Source: Candidatus Micrarchaeota archaeon
GTDB taxonomy: Archaea; B1Sed10-29
Direction of reading: 5' to 3'
Assembly: GCA_964388265.1 (NCBI GenBank)
Contig: CAYLXZ010000001.1
Span: 24,068-66,813, forward strand
DNA length: 42,746 nt
The translations under genes were made by a program, and so were the position numbers. Numbering within the stretch: the stretch's first letter is position 1; each line of letters begins with the position of its first letter. Shown here one piece after another: positions 25,814 through 34,637 of the stretch. Below the pieces are notes generated by a model, which ran no database searches, was not told the DNA's origin, and saw only the letters and a program-made list of their open reading frames with translations.

Positions 25814-27532
25814 TCAAAAATCAATTTTGAGTTTTTTGTCAAGTTTATTTAATTCGTCTTCATCGAGTGGTTTCCAATGGGGTCCGTAGTTAAAGAAGTT
25901 TTCAAGGAATTTTATCAGCGTTTGGCTACTTAAGTAATATACTCCCTCCCTTAGTTCTTTTACTTCAATTTCGAAGGTATTTTCTATTTCTTTCATAGTG
26001 TCTTTTGAATGTCCTGTTTTCCGGAGCCTAACTTCGCAATCGTAAGGGCGTAGATGGCGTGCTAGATTAATTAAATTATCAGTTACTCTTATAGGTAGTT
26101 TAACTAAGTTTGAAGTAAGACCCCGTCCACTTAGACCCCAAGATATCTTTTTCTGTGAGAGAAGTTTTAGTAATTTCTCCTTTTTAACCCCTATAAGACT
26201 ATAAAGCTTTATAAGTGGTTTAAACTGCACTCCACATCCTTTTTCCCAGTAAAAAATCTGAGAAGGACCTAACTCAAGTTTATTAGAAAGCTCTTGTTGA
26301 GTTAAATCCAATTCTTTACGTATCTCTTTAATATCTTCTTTAAGACCATAAACCCTTAAGCTTTCAATATAGCTTAAATCAAAAAATTTTTCATCTATAA
26401 GTTTTTCTGAATTGATTCCTTTGAATTGAGTTTCTTTAGGTCCTTCTGCTAATCTTTTCAAGAGGGTTTTCCTTTTCCTTGGATGTGAGAAACCAATTTC
26501 CCTTCCAAATTGAGCAAAAGATTCACTGTAGATCTTTAAATCCCGTGGTTTACTGATTTTAGAGGTTATACCTAGTTTTTTGAAATCTGATTGGCATTGA
26601 TTTAAGATTTTTGAAGTAGCAGAGGATAGAGATGCTTTCATTGATTCTTTGCTACAGTGCCCATCGGCATCAAACATACCTCTCCAGAAGTATTTATAGA
26701 GTTTTTCAGGGTTTTCGGATAATTTAAAAATCCTTGGTTTTTCTATTTTGTTCTTCTTTTTACCATAGGGGAGGGAGAACCAAAAATTTATAAAACGCTC
26801 AAACCAGGTATTACTTACCCAGAGCTCTACCTTATTTTCTCTCTGCCGAGGATTATTATCTGTGAATTCAATACCGTATTCTTTGTTAATTAAAGAAGAG
26901 AGTTTCTCTAACCATCGCTGTGAGTAAATTAGTTCTTCTTTTTTACCTCCATCTACTATAACCCAATATTGATTTGTGCTGAAACCTCCGTCTCCAAAAG
27001 CACAACCAATGAAGTAAGCTTGCTTCTTTGTTAAAAGTTGTGGAAGAGTTTTAGGAGGGATAAATTTGGTTTTATGAGTAGAGTCGGTGAAGTAATCTAC
27101 AGATCTTAAAAGATTACTTAAGATCTTTTTATCTTCTTCATAGAATTTACTAATAACTCTTAGAGTAAACAGAGGCCATGTTCCGTTTTTGGTCCAAGTC
27201 CTAATTGATTTTGATAATATCTCTTTTTCTGAGTAACGTTCCATTTCTTTCTTAAGTCTTTTGAAGTCTTTAGAATTATAAGATGATGGGAGATATTCCT
27301 TAATTTTATTCAAAGATACACTACAAAAACAGTGAGAACCTAAAGTCTTTTCAAAATCGAATGATTTTACCAGGGACGAGTAGAGATTTAACCTGTTCCC
27401 TTCTAGAAGGAAAGGAAATTTTTTATTTAGAAGTTGGTTTGTAGTTATCATTGCCTTATAGTTATCTTCTCCAAGTAATAAGGGATCCTTCCGGAAGTTG
27501 AGAGTTTCCATGTATAATTTAGAGTATTCCAA
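25814..27532 (-). CDS. Free-standing double-motif LAGLIDADG endonuclease-like protein fused to an XRE-type HTH
   Basis: YFIGCAFGDGGF (aa 173-184) and YFWRGMFDADGHC (aa 281-293). HTH at aa ~403-446: IRKELDLTQQELSNKLELGPSQIFYWEKG. Codons are A/T-ending, unlike both flanks. Confidence 0.75.
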   Translation of the reverse strand: MEYSKLYMETLNFRKDPLLLGEDNYKAMITTNQLLNKKFPFLLEGNRLNLYSSLVKSFDFEKTLGSHCFCSVSLNKIKEYLPSSYNSKDFKRLKKEMERYSEKEILSKSIRTWTKNGTWPLFTLRVISKFYEEDKKILSNLLRSVDYFTDSTHKTKFIPPKTLPQLLTKKQAYFIGCAFGDGGFSTNQYWVIVDGGKKEELIYSQRWLEKLSSLINKEYGIEFTDNNPRQRENKVELWVSNTWFERFINFWFSLPYGKKKNKIEKPRIFKLSENPEKLYKYFWRGMFDADGHCSKESMKASLSSATSKILNQCQSDFKKLGITSKISKPRDLKIYSESFAQFGREIGFSHPRKRKTLLKRLAEGPKETQFKGINSEKLIDEKFFDLSYIESLRVYGLKEDIKEIRKELDLTQQELSNKLELGPSQIFYWEKGCGVQFKPLIKLYSLIGVKKEKLLKLLSQKKISWGLSGRGLTSNLVKLPIRVTDNLINLARHLRPYDCEVRLRKTGHSKDTMKEIENTFEIEVKELREGVYYLSSQTLIKFLENFFNYGPHWKPLDEDELNKLDKKLKIDF

Positions 27533-27634
27533 TATTTAATATTAACCTCAATGTAAAATTAATAATGAATATGAGGTAGGGGATATTTATCTCTTTAACT
27601 ATAATGTATTAAAGGACAGGGTAAAGGACGACTG

Positions 27635-28429
27635 GTGAAAGAAATGGAAGTGGAGATAGATCCAGATAAAAAAATCACGGAAAACGCAGCCAAGTACTAC
27701 GAGAAATCTAAGAAATACAAAAAAAAGATAGAAGGAGCCAAAGAAGCAATAAAAGAAACAAAGAAACTTCTAAAAAAAGCCAAAGAAGAACAAGAAAGAC
27801 AGAAAGAAGAACTGAAGAAAGTGAAGAAACCAGATGAATGGTACGACAAATTCCATTGGTTCAGAACACGGAATGACTACCTAGTCATAGCAGGAAGAAA
27901 CGCAGAGCAAAACCAAGAAATCGTGAAGAACTACATGGAGAACAAAGATCTATACTTCCACGCAGTAGTAGAAGGAGCACCCAGCGTGGTGATGAAAAAA
28001 GGAAAAAAAGCACCAGAAGAAGATAAAAAAGAAGCAGCTCAATTCGCAGGAAGCTACTCATCCGCCTGGAAACAAGGATTCAACACCACAGACGTCTACC
28101 ACGTGGAACCAAGCCAAGTTAAGCTAGGAGCCAAGTCAGGAGAATACCTAGGAACCGGAGCATTCCGAATAAAAGGAGAAAAAAACATGTACAAAAACAT
28201 GAAACTAGAGATAGCGTTCACAATGCTCGAGAAACACATACAGGTCGCTCCACCAACAGCACTACAGAGGAAAACAGATAAATTCGTGTTAATAAGACCA
28301 GGAGACACAGAGAAGAACAAAGCCAGTAAAAAGATAAAACAGAAACTCATAGAGAAATTCAACGTGAAGATAGATCTCAACTGGGTTCTAGAAAAGATGC
28401 CACCGGACGGATGCAGAGTAATCAAGTAA
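27635..28429 (+). CDS. NFACT-R (DUF814) domain protein, a short RqcH/Tae2-like protein lacking the NFACT-N domain
   Basis: K/E coiled coil, then KFHWFRTRNDYLVIAGRNAEQNQEIVKNYMENKDLYFHAVVEGAPSVVMKKG. GTG start at 27635, with an alternative ATG at 27644. Confidence 0.75.
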   Translation: MKEMEVEIDPDKKITENAAKYYEKSKKYKKKIEGAKEAIKETKKLLKKAKEEQERQKEELKKVKKPDEWYDKFHWFRTRNDYLVIAGRNAEQNQEIVKNYMENKDLYFHAVVEGAPSVVMKKGKKAPEEDKKEAAQFAGSYSSAWKQGFNTTDVYHVEPSQVKLGAKSGEYLGTGAFRIKGEKNMYKNMKLEIAFTMLEKHIQVAPPTALQRKTDKFVLIRPGDTEKNKASKKIKQKLIEKFNVKIDLNWVLEKMPPDGCRVIK

Positions 28430-28490
28430 CGTTCAAAGCCCACCCGAGGCTTTATCTATAGGAGTATTTTTAGTTGGGTTGATTTGTTTT

Positions 28491-28916
28491 TTATTCTATG
28501 GAGTCTAGTTTGTTTTCTATTTTTTCTATTACTAGTTCTGCGTCTTTCAGTGAATTCTCTGCGTCTTCTTCGGTGAAGTTTTTATGAGGTACTGTGATTT
28601 CTCCTTTTTCAATATCCACGTACTGAGATCTGCTTCTTTTCCCTAACCATCTGTAGAGTTTCTGTGTTATCTCTGATTCTCCGAATTGATTAACGAATTT
28701 CTCTATCTTTCCTGGATGTGACTTTGGAATTGATTCTCCTTTCTTGGCAAGGACTGCAGATACTGCTTGTTCCATTGCATCGTAGGATAACTTTACTACA
28801 GAGTGCCATAGTTCTTTTTCACTTTCTCTTGCTCTCTGAAGAGATGCCTTAGCGGATTCTATTGACAGTTTTGCTTCTTCTATATATGATTCAGCTTGTT
28901 TGTCTCTTATATTCAT
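28491..28916 (-). CDS. HEPN-domain protein (PF05168-like), toxin-side partner of the upstream MNT
   Basis: All-alpha, 141 aa, conserved tail LGKRSRSQYVD...FTEEDAENSLKDAELVIEKIE. Overlaps the MNT gene by 26 nt. Confidence 0.7.
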   Translation of the reverse strand: MNIRDKQAESYIEEAKLSIESAKASLQRARESEKELWHSVVKLSYDAMEQAVSAVLAKKGESIPKSHPGKIEKFVNQFGESEITQKLYRWLGKRSRSQYVDIEKGEITVPHKNFTEEDAENSLKDAELVIEKIENKLDSIE

Positions 28917-29553
28917 TTTTCCACCTGTACAGTAGGTCCTGAGGGTCGTATAGGATTTTACTCTCTTTAAGAGTATTTTGAGAGAATTTTGACTCTTTCT
29001 CGAGATTTTCTTTGAAGTTGTTTTCAGAGAAGGTTTTTGCCATGAACATCTTTCCTCCTATTACTTTTGCTCCGTACTTGTCTTCGAGTTCGTCTTGATT
29101 TTGTTCTGTGATTATTAGGAGGTCTATGTCGGAGTCTTCTCTTGCGTTTCCTTTTGCTACGGAGCCGTAGATCGCTATTGCCTTAATCTTCTCTAGGTCT
29201 TCTTGTACCTTACACCAGAGCTTCTCGAGTGGTTTATGGAACTGTGGTTGGGGTATTGACCATATTCTGAGGTGTGTTTTTTGGTTTTCGTTGAGTTCGA
29301 TTTCTTTTTTCTGGATTTCTCCGTCTAGCGATGCTATGAAGTATATGAATTCTTTGAGTTGGTACTTCCAGTATGAACGGGTTTTTCCTTCTTTTTTACC
29401 TGTCTTGGTTACTAGCCCTATCTTTTCAAGGTCTTTGAGGTGTTTGTTCACTGAGGATATTGTTAGGTTCATTCTTTCTGAGAGTTCTGTGGGTGTTCTT
29501 TCAGCGTGCTCCAGTTCTTTGAGGAGCTCTATTTTCCTTTCATTTAGTAGCAT
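28891..29553 (-). CDS. wHTH (ArsR-like) fused to a minimal nucleotidyltransferase (MNT)
   Basis: N-terminus PTELSERMNLTISSVNKHLKDLEKIGLV. C-terminus IAIYGSVAKGNAREDSDIDLLIIT. Confidence 0.8.
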   Translation of the reverse strand: MLLNERKIELLKELEHAERTPTELSERMNLTISSVNKHLKDLEKIGLVTKTGKKEGKTRSYWKYQLKEFIYFIASLDGEIQKKEIELNENQKTHLRIWSIPQPQFHKPLEKLWCKVQEDLEKIKAIAIYGSVAKGNAREDSDIDLLIITEQNQDELEDKYGAKVIGGKMFMAKTFSENNFKENLEKESKFSQNTLKESKILYDPQDLLYRWKNEYKRQTS

Positions 29554-29559
29554 ATATTA

Positions 29560-29612
29560 TAATATTGTCAACTACATTTAAATAACTTACTGTAATATTA
29601 TCGACAATAATA
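29560..29612 (-). promoter_or_regulatory. Promoter/operator candidate: a 12-nt inverted repeat (taatattgtcaa / tcgacaataata, 10 of 12 positions) bracketing the TATA box atttaaat (29576-29583) of the HTH-MNT/HEPN operon
   Basis: The TATA centre is ~26 nt from ATG 29553, implying a leaderless transcript. The inverted-repeat arms were read directly. The AT-rich context lowers significance. Confidence 0.4.
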
Positions 29613-29707
29613 AAATATGTTTTTCTGACGCCCTACTGTTGAACTTTTTATTCAGGTTGTTCTAGACTCCTTGTCTTTACATTTTATGTAAAACTCTACT
29701 AGTGGGT

Positions 29708-30043
29708 TTATTTTTCCTTGAGTTTATTCCATACTTCTTTAGTCCATTCTCGGGCTTTTTCCGTGGCTTCATCTTCGGATATCTTTCCTTCTTCTACTTT
29801 CTCTTTGAACTCTTTCTCGTAGATTTCTCTCTCTATTTTTACCTGTTCTCTGAACTTTTCAACCTCTCCTTTTTCCAGTTTCTTCTTCATCTCTTCAGTA
29901 AGTAGGTTAGCTTCCTCTAGTTTCTTTAAATTCTCTTTATTCAGTAATTTAGGGTTATCTAGCTTCTTTGCCATTTTTTCGGTGATGAGGTTGGCGTTCT
30001 TCATTTTTTCCCTCATTTTATCAGTCAGTAACTTACCGGCCAT
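29708..30043 (-). CDS. K/E-rich helical protein with a thrice-repeated (A)NL(I/L)TE(K/E)M-KKL motif, function unknown
   Basis: The ORF overlaps the radB stop by 11 nt. The repeat was read from the translation. Confidence 0.5.
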   Translation of the reverse strand: MAGKLLTDKMREKMKNANLITEKMAKKLDNPKLLNKENLKKLEEANLLTEEMKKKLEKGEVEKFREQVKIEREIYEKEFKEKVEEGKISEDEATEKAREWTKEVWNKLKEK

Positions 30044-30725
30044 ATTTATCCTCCTGTTCTCCTATGGGCTCCAGACCGGTTTGCTCAATCCTGAAGTCCT
30101 CTGACTCATTCTCCTTCTTGAACAGATGCTTCTGAAGAATAGCTCTCCGGTCCCTACCTTTCTTCTCAAGCTGCAGGATAACCTTAGACGAGTACTTCAA
30201 TACATCTCCTCCAACAGGCCTTACTTCTCTCTTCTCGGATTCAAAATCCGAATAAACCTGGTTAGTAACCAAAATAGGAATCTCTTTCTCTCTAGCTATC
30301 TTAGATAACTTGTTCACCTGTCTACCAAGCTCTTTATTAACTTCTCTGGCGTCTCCATTACTCAACTCAGGCCTATACTGGGAAGTGAGGGAATCTACGA
30401 TTATTAAGTCGGTTTCCAGGTTCTCGAGTTCATCAATCACTTCTTCCTGTTGTGAGAAATCCAAGACACGGTAGAAATCAATGTTATTCAGTAATCTCTC
30501 TGGATCTTCTTTGTAGAGTTGACTTAACCTCTTCTTGGAGAAACCTCCCTCGGTATCGATGTAAACCACGTCTTTACCTGACTCCACTGCAGTGACCAAA
30601 GCCTGTAAGCATAGATTGGTCTTGCCACTGCCCGAGGAACCGTAAACTTGGTTAATGCGCTTGGGAACCAGCCCTCCGCCCAGAACCGAGTCAATTGACC
30701 TACATCCAGTTGGAAGCATACACAT
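30033..30725 (-). CDS. radB: RadB (RecA/RadA paralogue)
   Basis: IDSVLGGGLVPKRINQVYGSSGSGKTNLCLQ (Walker A), VYIDTEGGFS, Walker B LIIVDSLTS, about 230 aa with no N-terminal HhH domain. Confidence 0.85.
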   Translation of the reverse strand: MCMLPTGCRSIDSVLGGGLVPKRINQVYGSSGSGKTNLCLQALVTAVESGKDVVYIDTEGGFSKKRLSQLYKEDPERLLNNIDFYRVLDFSQQEEVIDELENLETDLIIVDSLTSQYRPELSNGDAREVNKELGRQVNKLSKIAREKEIPILVTNQVYSDFESEKREVRPVGGDVLKYSSKVILQLEKKGRDRRAILQKHLFKKENESEDFRIEQTGLEPIGEQEDKYGR

Positions 30726-30835
30726 CTTTTATACTCATAGAGATATAAAATCCTAGGTAGGGAAACCCTTTAAAGAATTATAACCATAAATTACTTGAAC
30801 CAATTCTCTCAACAACAAAGGAAAAACTGATCAAT

Positions 30836-32995
30836 ATGACCGTGAAACTAAAAGTCGCAGAAGGAATACAAGAAGACATGGGAAAAGGAATCGCCAGAAT
30901 AGGTACAGCCGTAAAAGAAGAACTAGGAGTATCCAGCGGAGACATAGTAAAGATAAAAGGAGAAAAAGAAACCGTAGCAAAAGTATGGCAAGGTTACTCC
31001 CAAGACGAAGGCCGAGAAATAATTCGAATGGACGGAATCGTACGGCAAAATGCCGGAGCAGGAGTAGGCGACACCGTGATACTAGAGAAGATAGATGAGA
31101 TAAAGAAAGCCAAGAAGATATCAATAGCACCAACAAAGAAAGTAAGATTCACAGGAAACTTCGAAGAATTCATAAGAAGAAAACTAAACGGAAGACCAAT
31201 ATCAGAAGAAGACAAGATATACGTATCAGTATGGGGATCACCAATATTCTTCAAAGCCGTCAAAACATCACCAGGCGACATAGTACAGATAACACCTGAA
31301 ACAAAGATCAATATACTCGAAGAAACAGTAGAAGAACTCGCAGAAAAACCACAAGTAACCTACGAAGACATCGGAGGACTAGAAGAACAAGTAAGAAAAG
31401 TACGAGAAATGGTGGAACTACCTCTAAAACACCCAGAGTTATTCAAAAAAATAGGTATAGAACCACCAAAAGGACTACTACTCCACGGACCACCTGGAAC
31501 AGGTAAGACACTACTAGCTAAAGCCGTGGCAAACGAATCAGACGCACACTTTGAAGTAATACAAGGACCAGAAATAGTATCCAAGTTCGTAGGAGGATCA
31601 GAAGGCAAACTAAGAGAAATATTCCAAAGAGCCAAGAAAAACTCACCAGCAGTCATATTCATAGACGAAATAGACGCCATAGCCCCAAAAAGAGAAGAAG
31701 TAACCGGACAAGTTGACAAAAGAATCGTAGCACAACTACTATCCCTAATGGATGGAATGGAATCAAGAGGAGACGTCATAGTAATAGGAGCAACAAACAG
31801 AGTAGACGCACTAGACCCAGCACTAAGAAGAGCAGGCAGATTCGACAGAGAAGTAGAAATAGGCATCCCAAGCGAAGATGAAAGAAAAGAAATCCTACAA
31901 ATCCATACAAGAGGAATGCCCCTATCCGACGAAATAGATCTAAACGAACTAGCCAACCGAACACACGGATACGTAGGAGCAGACCTCGAATCACTAGCAA
32001 GAGAAGGAGCAATGAAAACACTCAGAAGAATATTCCCAGAAATAGACCTAGAAGAAGAACAAATACCCATAGACACCCTAGAAGACCTAGAAGTAACAAA
32101 AGAAGACTTCGAATCAGCATACAAAGAAGTACAACCATCAGCAATGAGAGAAGTATTCGTAGAAAAACCAGACGTACACTGGAACGACATCGGAGGACTA
32201 GAAAAAGCAAAACAAGAAATAAAAGAAGCAGTAGAATGGCCGCTTAAACAACCTGAAAAATTCCAAGAACTAGGAATAGAACCAACAAAAGGAATATTCC
32301 TATACGGACCACCTGGAACAGGTAAGACAATGCTAGCAAAAGCCGTAGCAAACGAATCAGAAGCCAACTTCATACTCGTAAACGGACCACAGCTACTTAG
32401 CAAATGGGTTGGGGAATCTGAGAAAGGAATAAGAGAAGTATTCAAAAAAGCAAGACAATCAGCACCCTGCATAATATTCTTCGACGAAGTAGACTCCATA
32501 GCACCAAAAAGAGGAAAATACAGCGGATCACACGTCACAGACTCCATGGTAAACCAACTACTCACAGAACTAGACGGACTAGAAGAACTGAAAGACGTAA
32601 TAGTAGTAGGAGCAACCAACCGACCCGACATACTCGACCCAGCACTACTACGACCAGGAAGATTCGGATCAATGATAAAAACCCAAGCACCGGACAAAGA
32701 GACAAGAAAGAAGATACTGGAAGTACACACCGAAGACACCCCACTAGCAGAAGACGTGGACCTAGAAGAAATAGCATCAAAAACCAAAGACTACTCAGGA
32801 GCAGACATAGCATCCCTAGTAAGAGAAGCAGCCATGAGCACCATGAGAAGAACAAAAGACCAAGAAAAAACCTCCAAAGTAACCAAAGAAGACTTCAAAG
32901 AAGCCTTAGAGGAAATAACACCAAGCCTAAAAGAAGTGGACAGCAGACAATACGAAGACTTCCAAGAAGAATACCAAGGATCAGAGTTCGTTTAA
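30836..32995 (+). CDS. cdc48: Cdc48/VCP-like AAA+ ATPase
   Basis: N-domain ([25 protein letters not shown]) plus two AAA modules, each with GPPGTGKT and DEID/DEVD. Confidence 0.95.
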   Translation: MTVKLKVAEGIQEDMGKGIARIGTAVKEELGVSSGDIVKIKGEKETVAKVWQGYSQDEGREIIRMDGIVRQNAGAGVGDTVILEKIDEIKKAKKISIAPTKKVRFTGNFEEFIRRKLNGRPISEEDKIYVSVWGSPIFFKAVKTSPGDIVQITPETKINILEETVEELAEKPQVTYEDIGGLEEQVRKVREMVELPLKHPELFKKIGIEPPKGLLLHGPPGTGKTLLAKAVANESDAHFEVIQGPEIVSKFVGGSEGKLREIFQRAKKNSPAVIFIDEIDAIAPKREEVTGQVDKRIVAQLLSLMDGMESRGDVIVIGATNRVDALDPALRRAGRFDREVEIGIPSEDERKEILQIHTRGMPLSDEIDLNELANRTHGYVGADLESLAREGAMKTLRRIFPEIDLEEEQIPIDTLEDLEVTKEDFESAYKEVQPSAMREVFVEKPDVHWNDIGGLEKAKQEIKEAVEWPLKQPEKFQELGIEPTKGIFLYGPPGTGKTMLAKAVANESEANFILVNGPQLLSKWVGESEKGIREVFKKARQSAPCIIFFDEVDSIAPKRGKYSGSHVTDSMVNQLLTELDGLEELKDVIVVGATNRPDILDPALLRPGRFGSMIKTQAPDKETRKKILEVHTEDTPLAEDVDLEEIASKTKDYSGADIASLVREAAMSTMRRTKDQEKTSKVTKEDFKEALEEITPSLKEVDSRQYEDFQEEYQGSEFV

Positions 32996-33005
32996 AGAAC
33001 TAATT

Positions 33006-33575
33006 TTACAGAGCACCTAAAAAGAAGAAATTAAAGTAAACCAAGAACACGAATACAATCCCCCAAGTAACAGAACTCCAGTTAAACACATCATAACCAT
33101 CCAAAGGAGGGAAAGGAAGCATATTAAAGAAAGCTAGAAAGAAGTTAATTCTAAAACCCCAGAGACCAATCGCGGATAAACCTGTATATAGATAAACCCA
33201 TAAAAAACCCAGACCAAGCAAGATATTCATCACTGGACCTGAAATGCTGATCAATCCATTCTCCCTCAAAGACATATACTTCTCCCGAATATAAACAGCT
33301 CCAGGAGCAGCAAACACAAAAGGAGTTAACACAGCAAAAGCCAGAGCCAATATCAATCCACTTAACCAAGTTCTATAAACAGCTACATAACCAAAACTCT
33401 GAGCAATAGCTTTATGACCAAGCTCATGCACAACAAAACCCAAACCAACAGTTAAAAACAATAAAGGAAGACCAACAGCTCTTCCAGGCCCCTTAGCAAA
33501 GATTATATAGAAAGCTACAGTGATCGTGAACACAGAGATAGCTAGATGAATCAACTCAGTCTTCTCAAAATCCAT
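33006..33575 (-). CDS. M50-family (site-2 protease-like) membrane metalloprotease
   Basis: HELGH in a TM helix and NMLPFPPLDG (LDG motif). Polytopic. Confidence 0.85.
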   Translation of the reverse strand: MDFEKTELIHLAISVFTITVAFYIIFAKGPGRAVGLPLLFLTVGLGFVVHELGHKAIAQSFGYVAVYRTWLSGLILALAFAVLTPFVFAAPGAVYIREKYMSLRENGLISISGPVMNILLGLGFLWVYLYTGLSAIGLWGFRINFFLAFFNMLPFPPLDGYDVFNWSSVTWGIVFVFLVYFNFFFLGAL

Positions 33576-33669
33576 GTATAATAAAGACCCATACTAGATT
33601 AAAAAACTAACTCCAATTAACCCAACACCATCAAAAAAACCATATAACCAACCCTGAAAAAAGAAAACC

Positions 33670-34290
33670 ATGAAAAAAGGATTCCTAGCCTCAGCACTAT
33701 TACTCTCCTCACTCACAATAATCTACTACACATCCCTAACACAAACCATAACCATACAACAAGCCGAAAACACACAGAACCACGTAAAACTAAACCAAAA
33801 AACACAAGAAAACAAATACAGATACACACAAGGATTCAAAGACACAGTAAAACAATCATTAAAATCTACAGAAGGAGAAAAACCAATAAAAAGAGAACTA
33901 AAAGCATGCGAAGCCCTACAACAATGGATGGAAAACCTGAAGAAGGAAGAAGACCGAGAAATTACCTTGAAGTCAGGTTACATCAACCCAGAGAACTACC
34001 ACTACCAAGAAGAAATGACGCTGGCGTTCAACATAATCAGCAACCTACTCAGAAAAGATCCATCCCAAGCCCTCGGAAACCTAGAACCAAGAGCAATAGC
34101 CTGCATAAATTACCTTTCAATACCCATGAACCAATCAAAAGCCATAGTGAAAGACAACGGATACATGAAACAAGCTGCCAGATCCATAACCAACTCAAAG
34201 CCCGTATTCCTAATAGAAATAAACTTAGGCTCTATAAAACAGAAAATAATAATACCAAGCAACACGGTGATAAGATTAAAGGTCAAATAA
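33670..34290 (+). CDS. Secreted/pilin-like protein (class III-type N-terminus)
   Basis: MKKG/FLASALLLSSLTIIYY. First gene of the second pilin cluster. Confidence 0.5.
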   Translation: MKKGFLASALLLSSLTIIYYTSLTQTITIQQAENTQNHVKLNQKTQENKYRYTQGFKDTVKQSLKSTEGEKPIKRELKACEALQQWMENLKKEEDREITLKSGYINPENYHYQEEMTLAFNIISNLLRKDPSQALGNLEPRAIACINYLSIPMNQSKAIVKDNGYMKQAARSITNSKPVFLIEINLGSIKQKIIIPSNTVIRLKVK

Positions 34291-34637
34291 CCATAGAATT
34301 AATACTCACACTAACCATCTACACCCTAATAGCATCCGCATTACTCCACCACCAAGTAACACATAGCCAGAGAACAAGAAAATCCCTAGAAAAATTGAAG
34401 AAGAGGACAAAGATCCAGAAAACCGCAGAAACCTGCAGCTACAAATACCTAAACGGAGAATCCATAAAAAACTCCCTCGAATACACCTCACCAACCAAGA
34501 TAAAAGAAAACAAACTCATACTCGGAACAGAAGATACCAAAGCCACCTCCACCACGATCTCACCATCAATCACCGCAACCAAAAACAAGATAACATGCAC
34601 CTCAACAAAACCATGGTACCTAGAAAAGGCCAAATAA
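34275..34637 (+). CDS. Pilin-like protein with no ATG/GTG/TTG start; candidate ATT start
   Basis: (I)KG/QITIELILTLTIYTLIASALL. 34281-34299 matches 6201-6219 at 18 of 19 nt. GGTGAT (34266-34271) plus a 3-nt spacer precede ATT. It is the C-terminal part of track ORF 33906..34637. Confidence 0.45.
   Translation: MKGQITIELILTLTIYTLIASALLHHQVTHSQRTRKSLEKLKKRTKIQKTAETCSYKYLNGESIKNSLEYTSPTKIKENKLILGTEDTKATSTTISPSITATKNKITCTSTKPWYLEKAK

Noticed and set aside
25814-27532. LAGLIDADG ORF as an intein or intron-encoded endonuclease
   Set aside because: There are no flanking extein halves or splicing blocks, and no rRNA or tRNA host gene. Neighbouring topA, RFC and Cdc48 proteins have normal lengths, so no inteins are evident in the window.
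31360-32787. 475-aa ORF antisense to cdc48, and similar long antisense ORFs such as 1211..1822, 7014..7556, 9336..9788, 13808..14512 and 39704..40312
   Set aside because: They are S/L/F-rich, low-complexity mirror images of strongly supported genes on the other strand. The skewed composition keeps antisense frames open. No motifs were found in them.
33906-34637. 243-aa track ORF as a single CDS
   Set aside because: Its first ~120 codons overlap 33670..34290 out of frame and read as R/K/P/N-rich junk. Only the part from ~34275, the pilin-like N-terminus, looks real.
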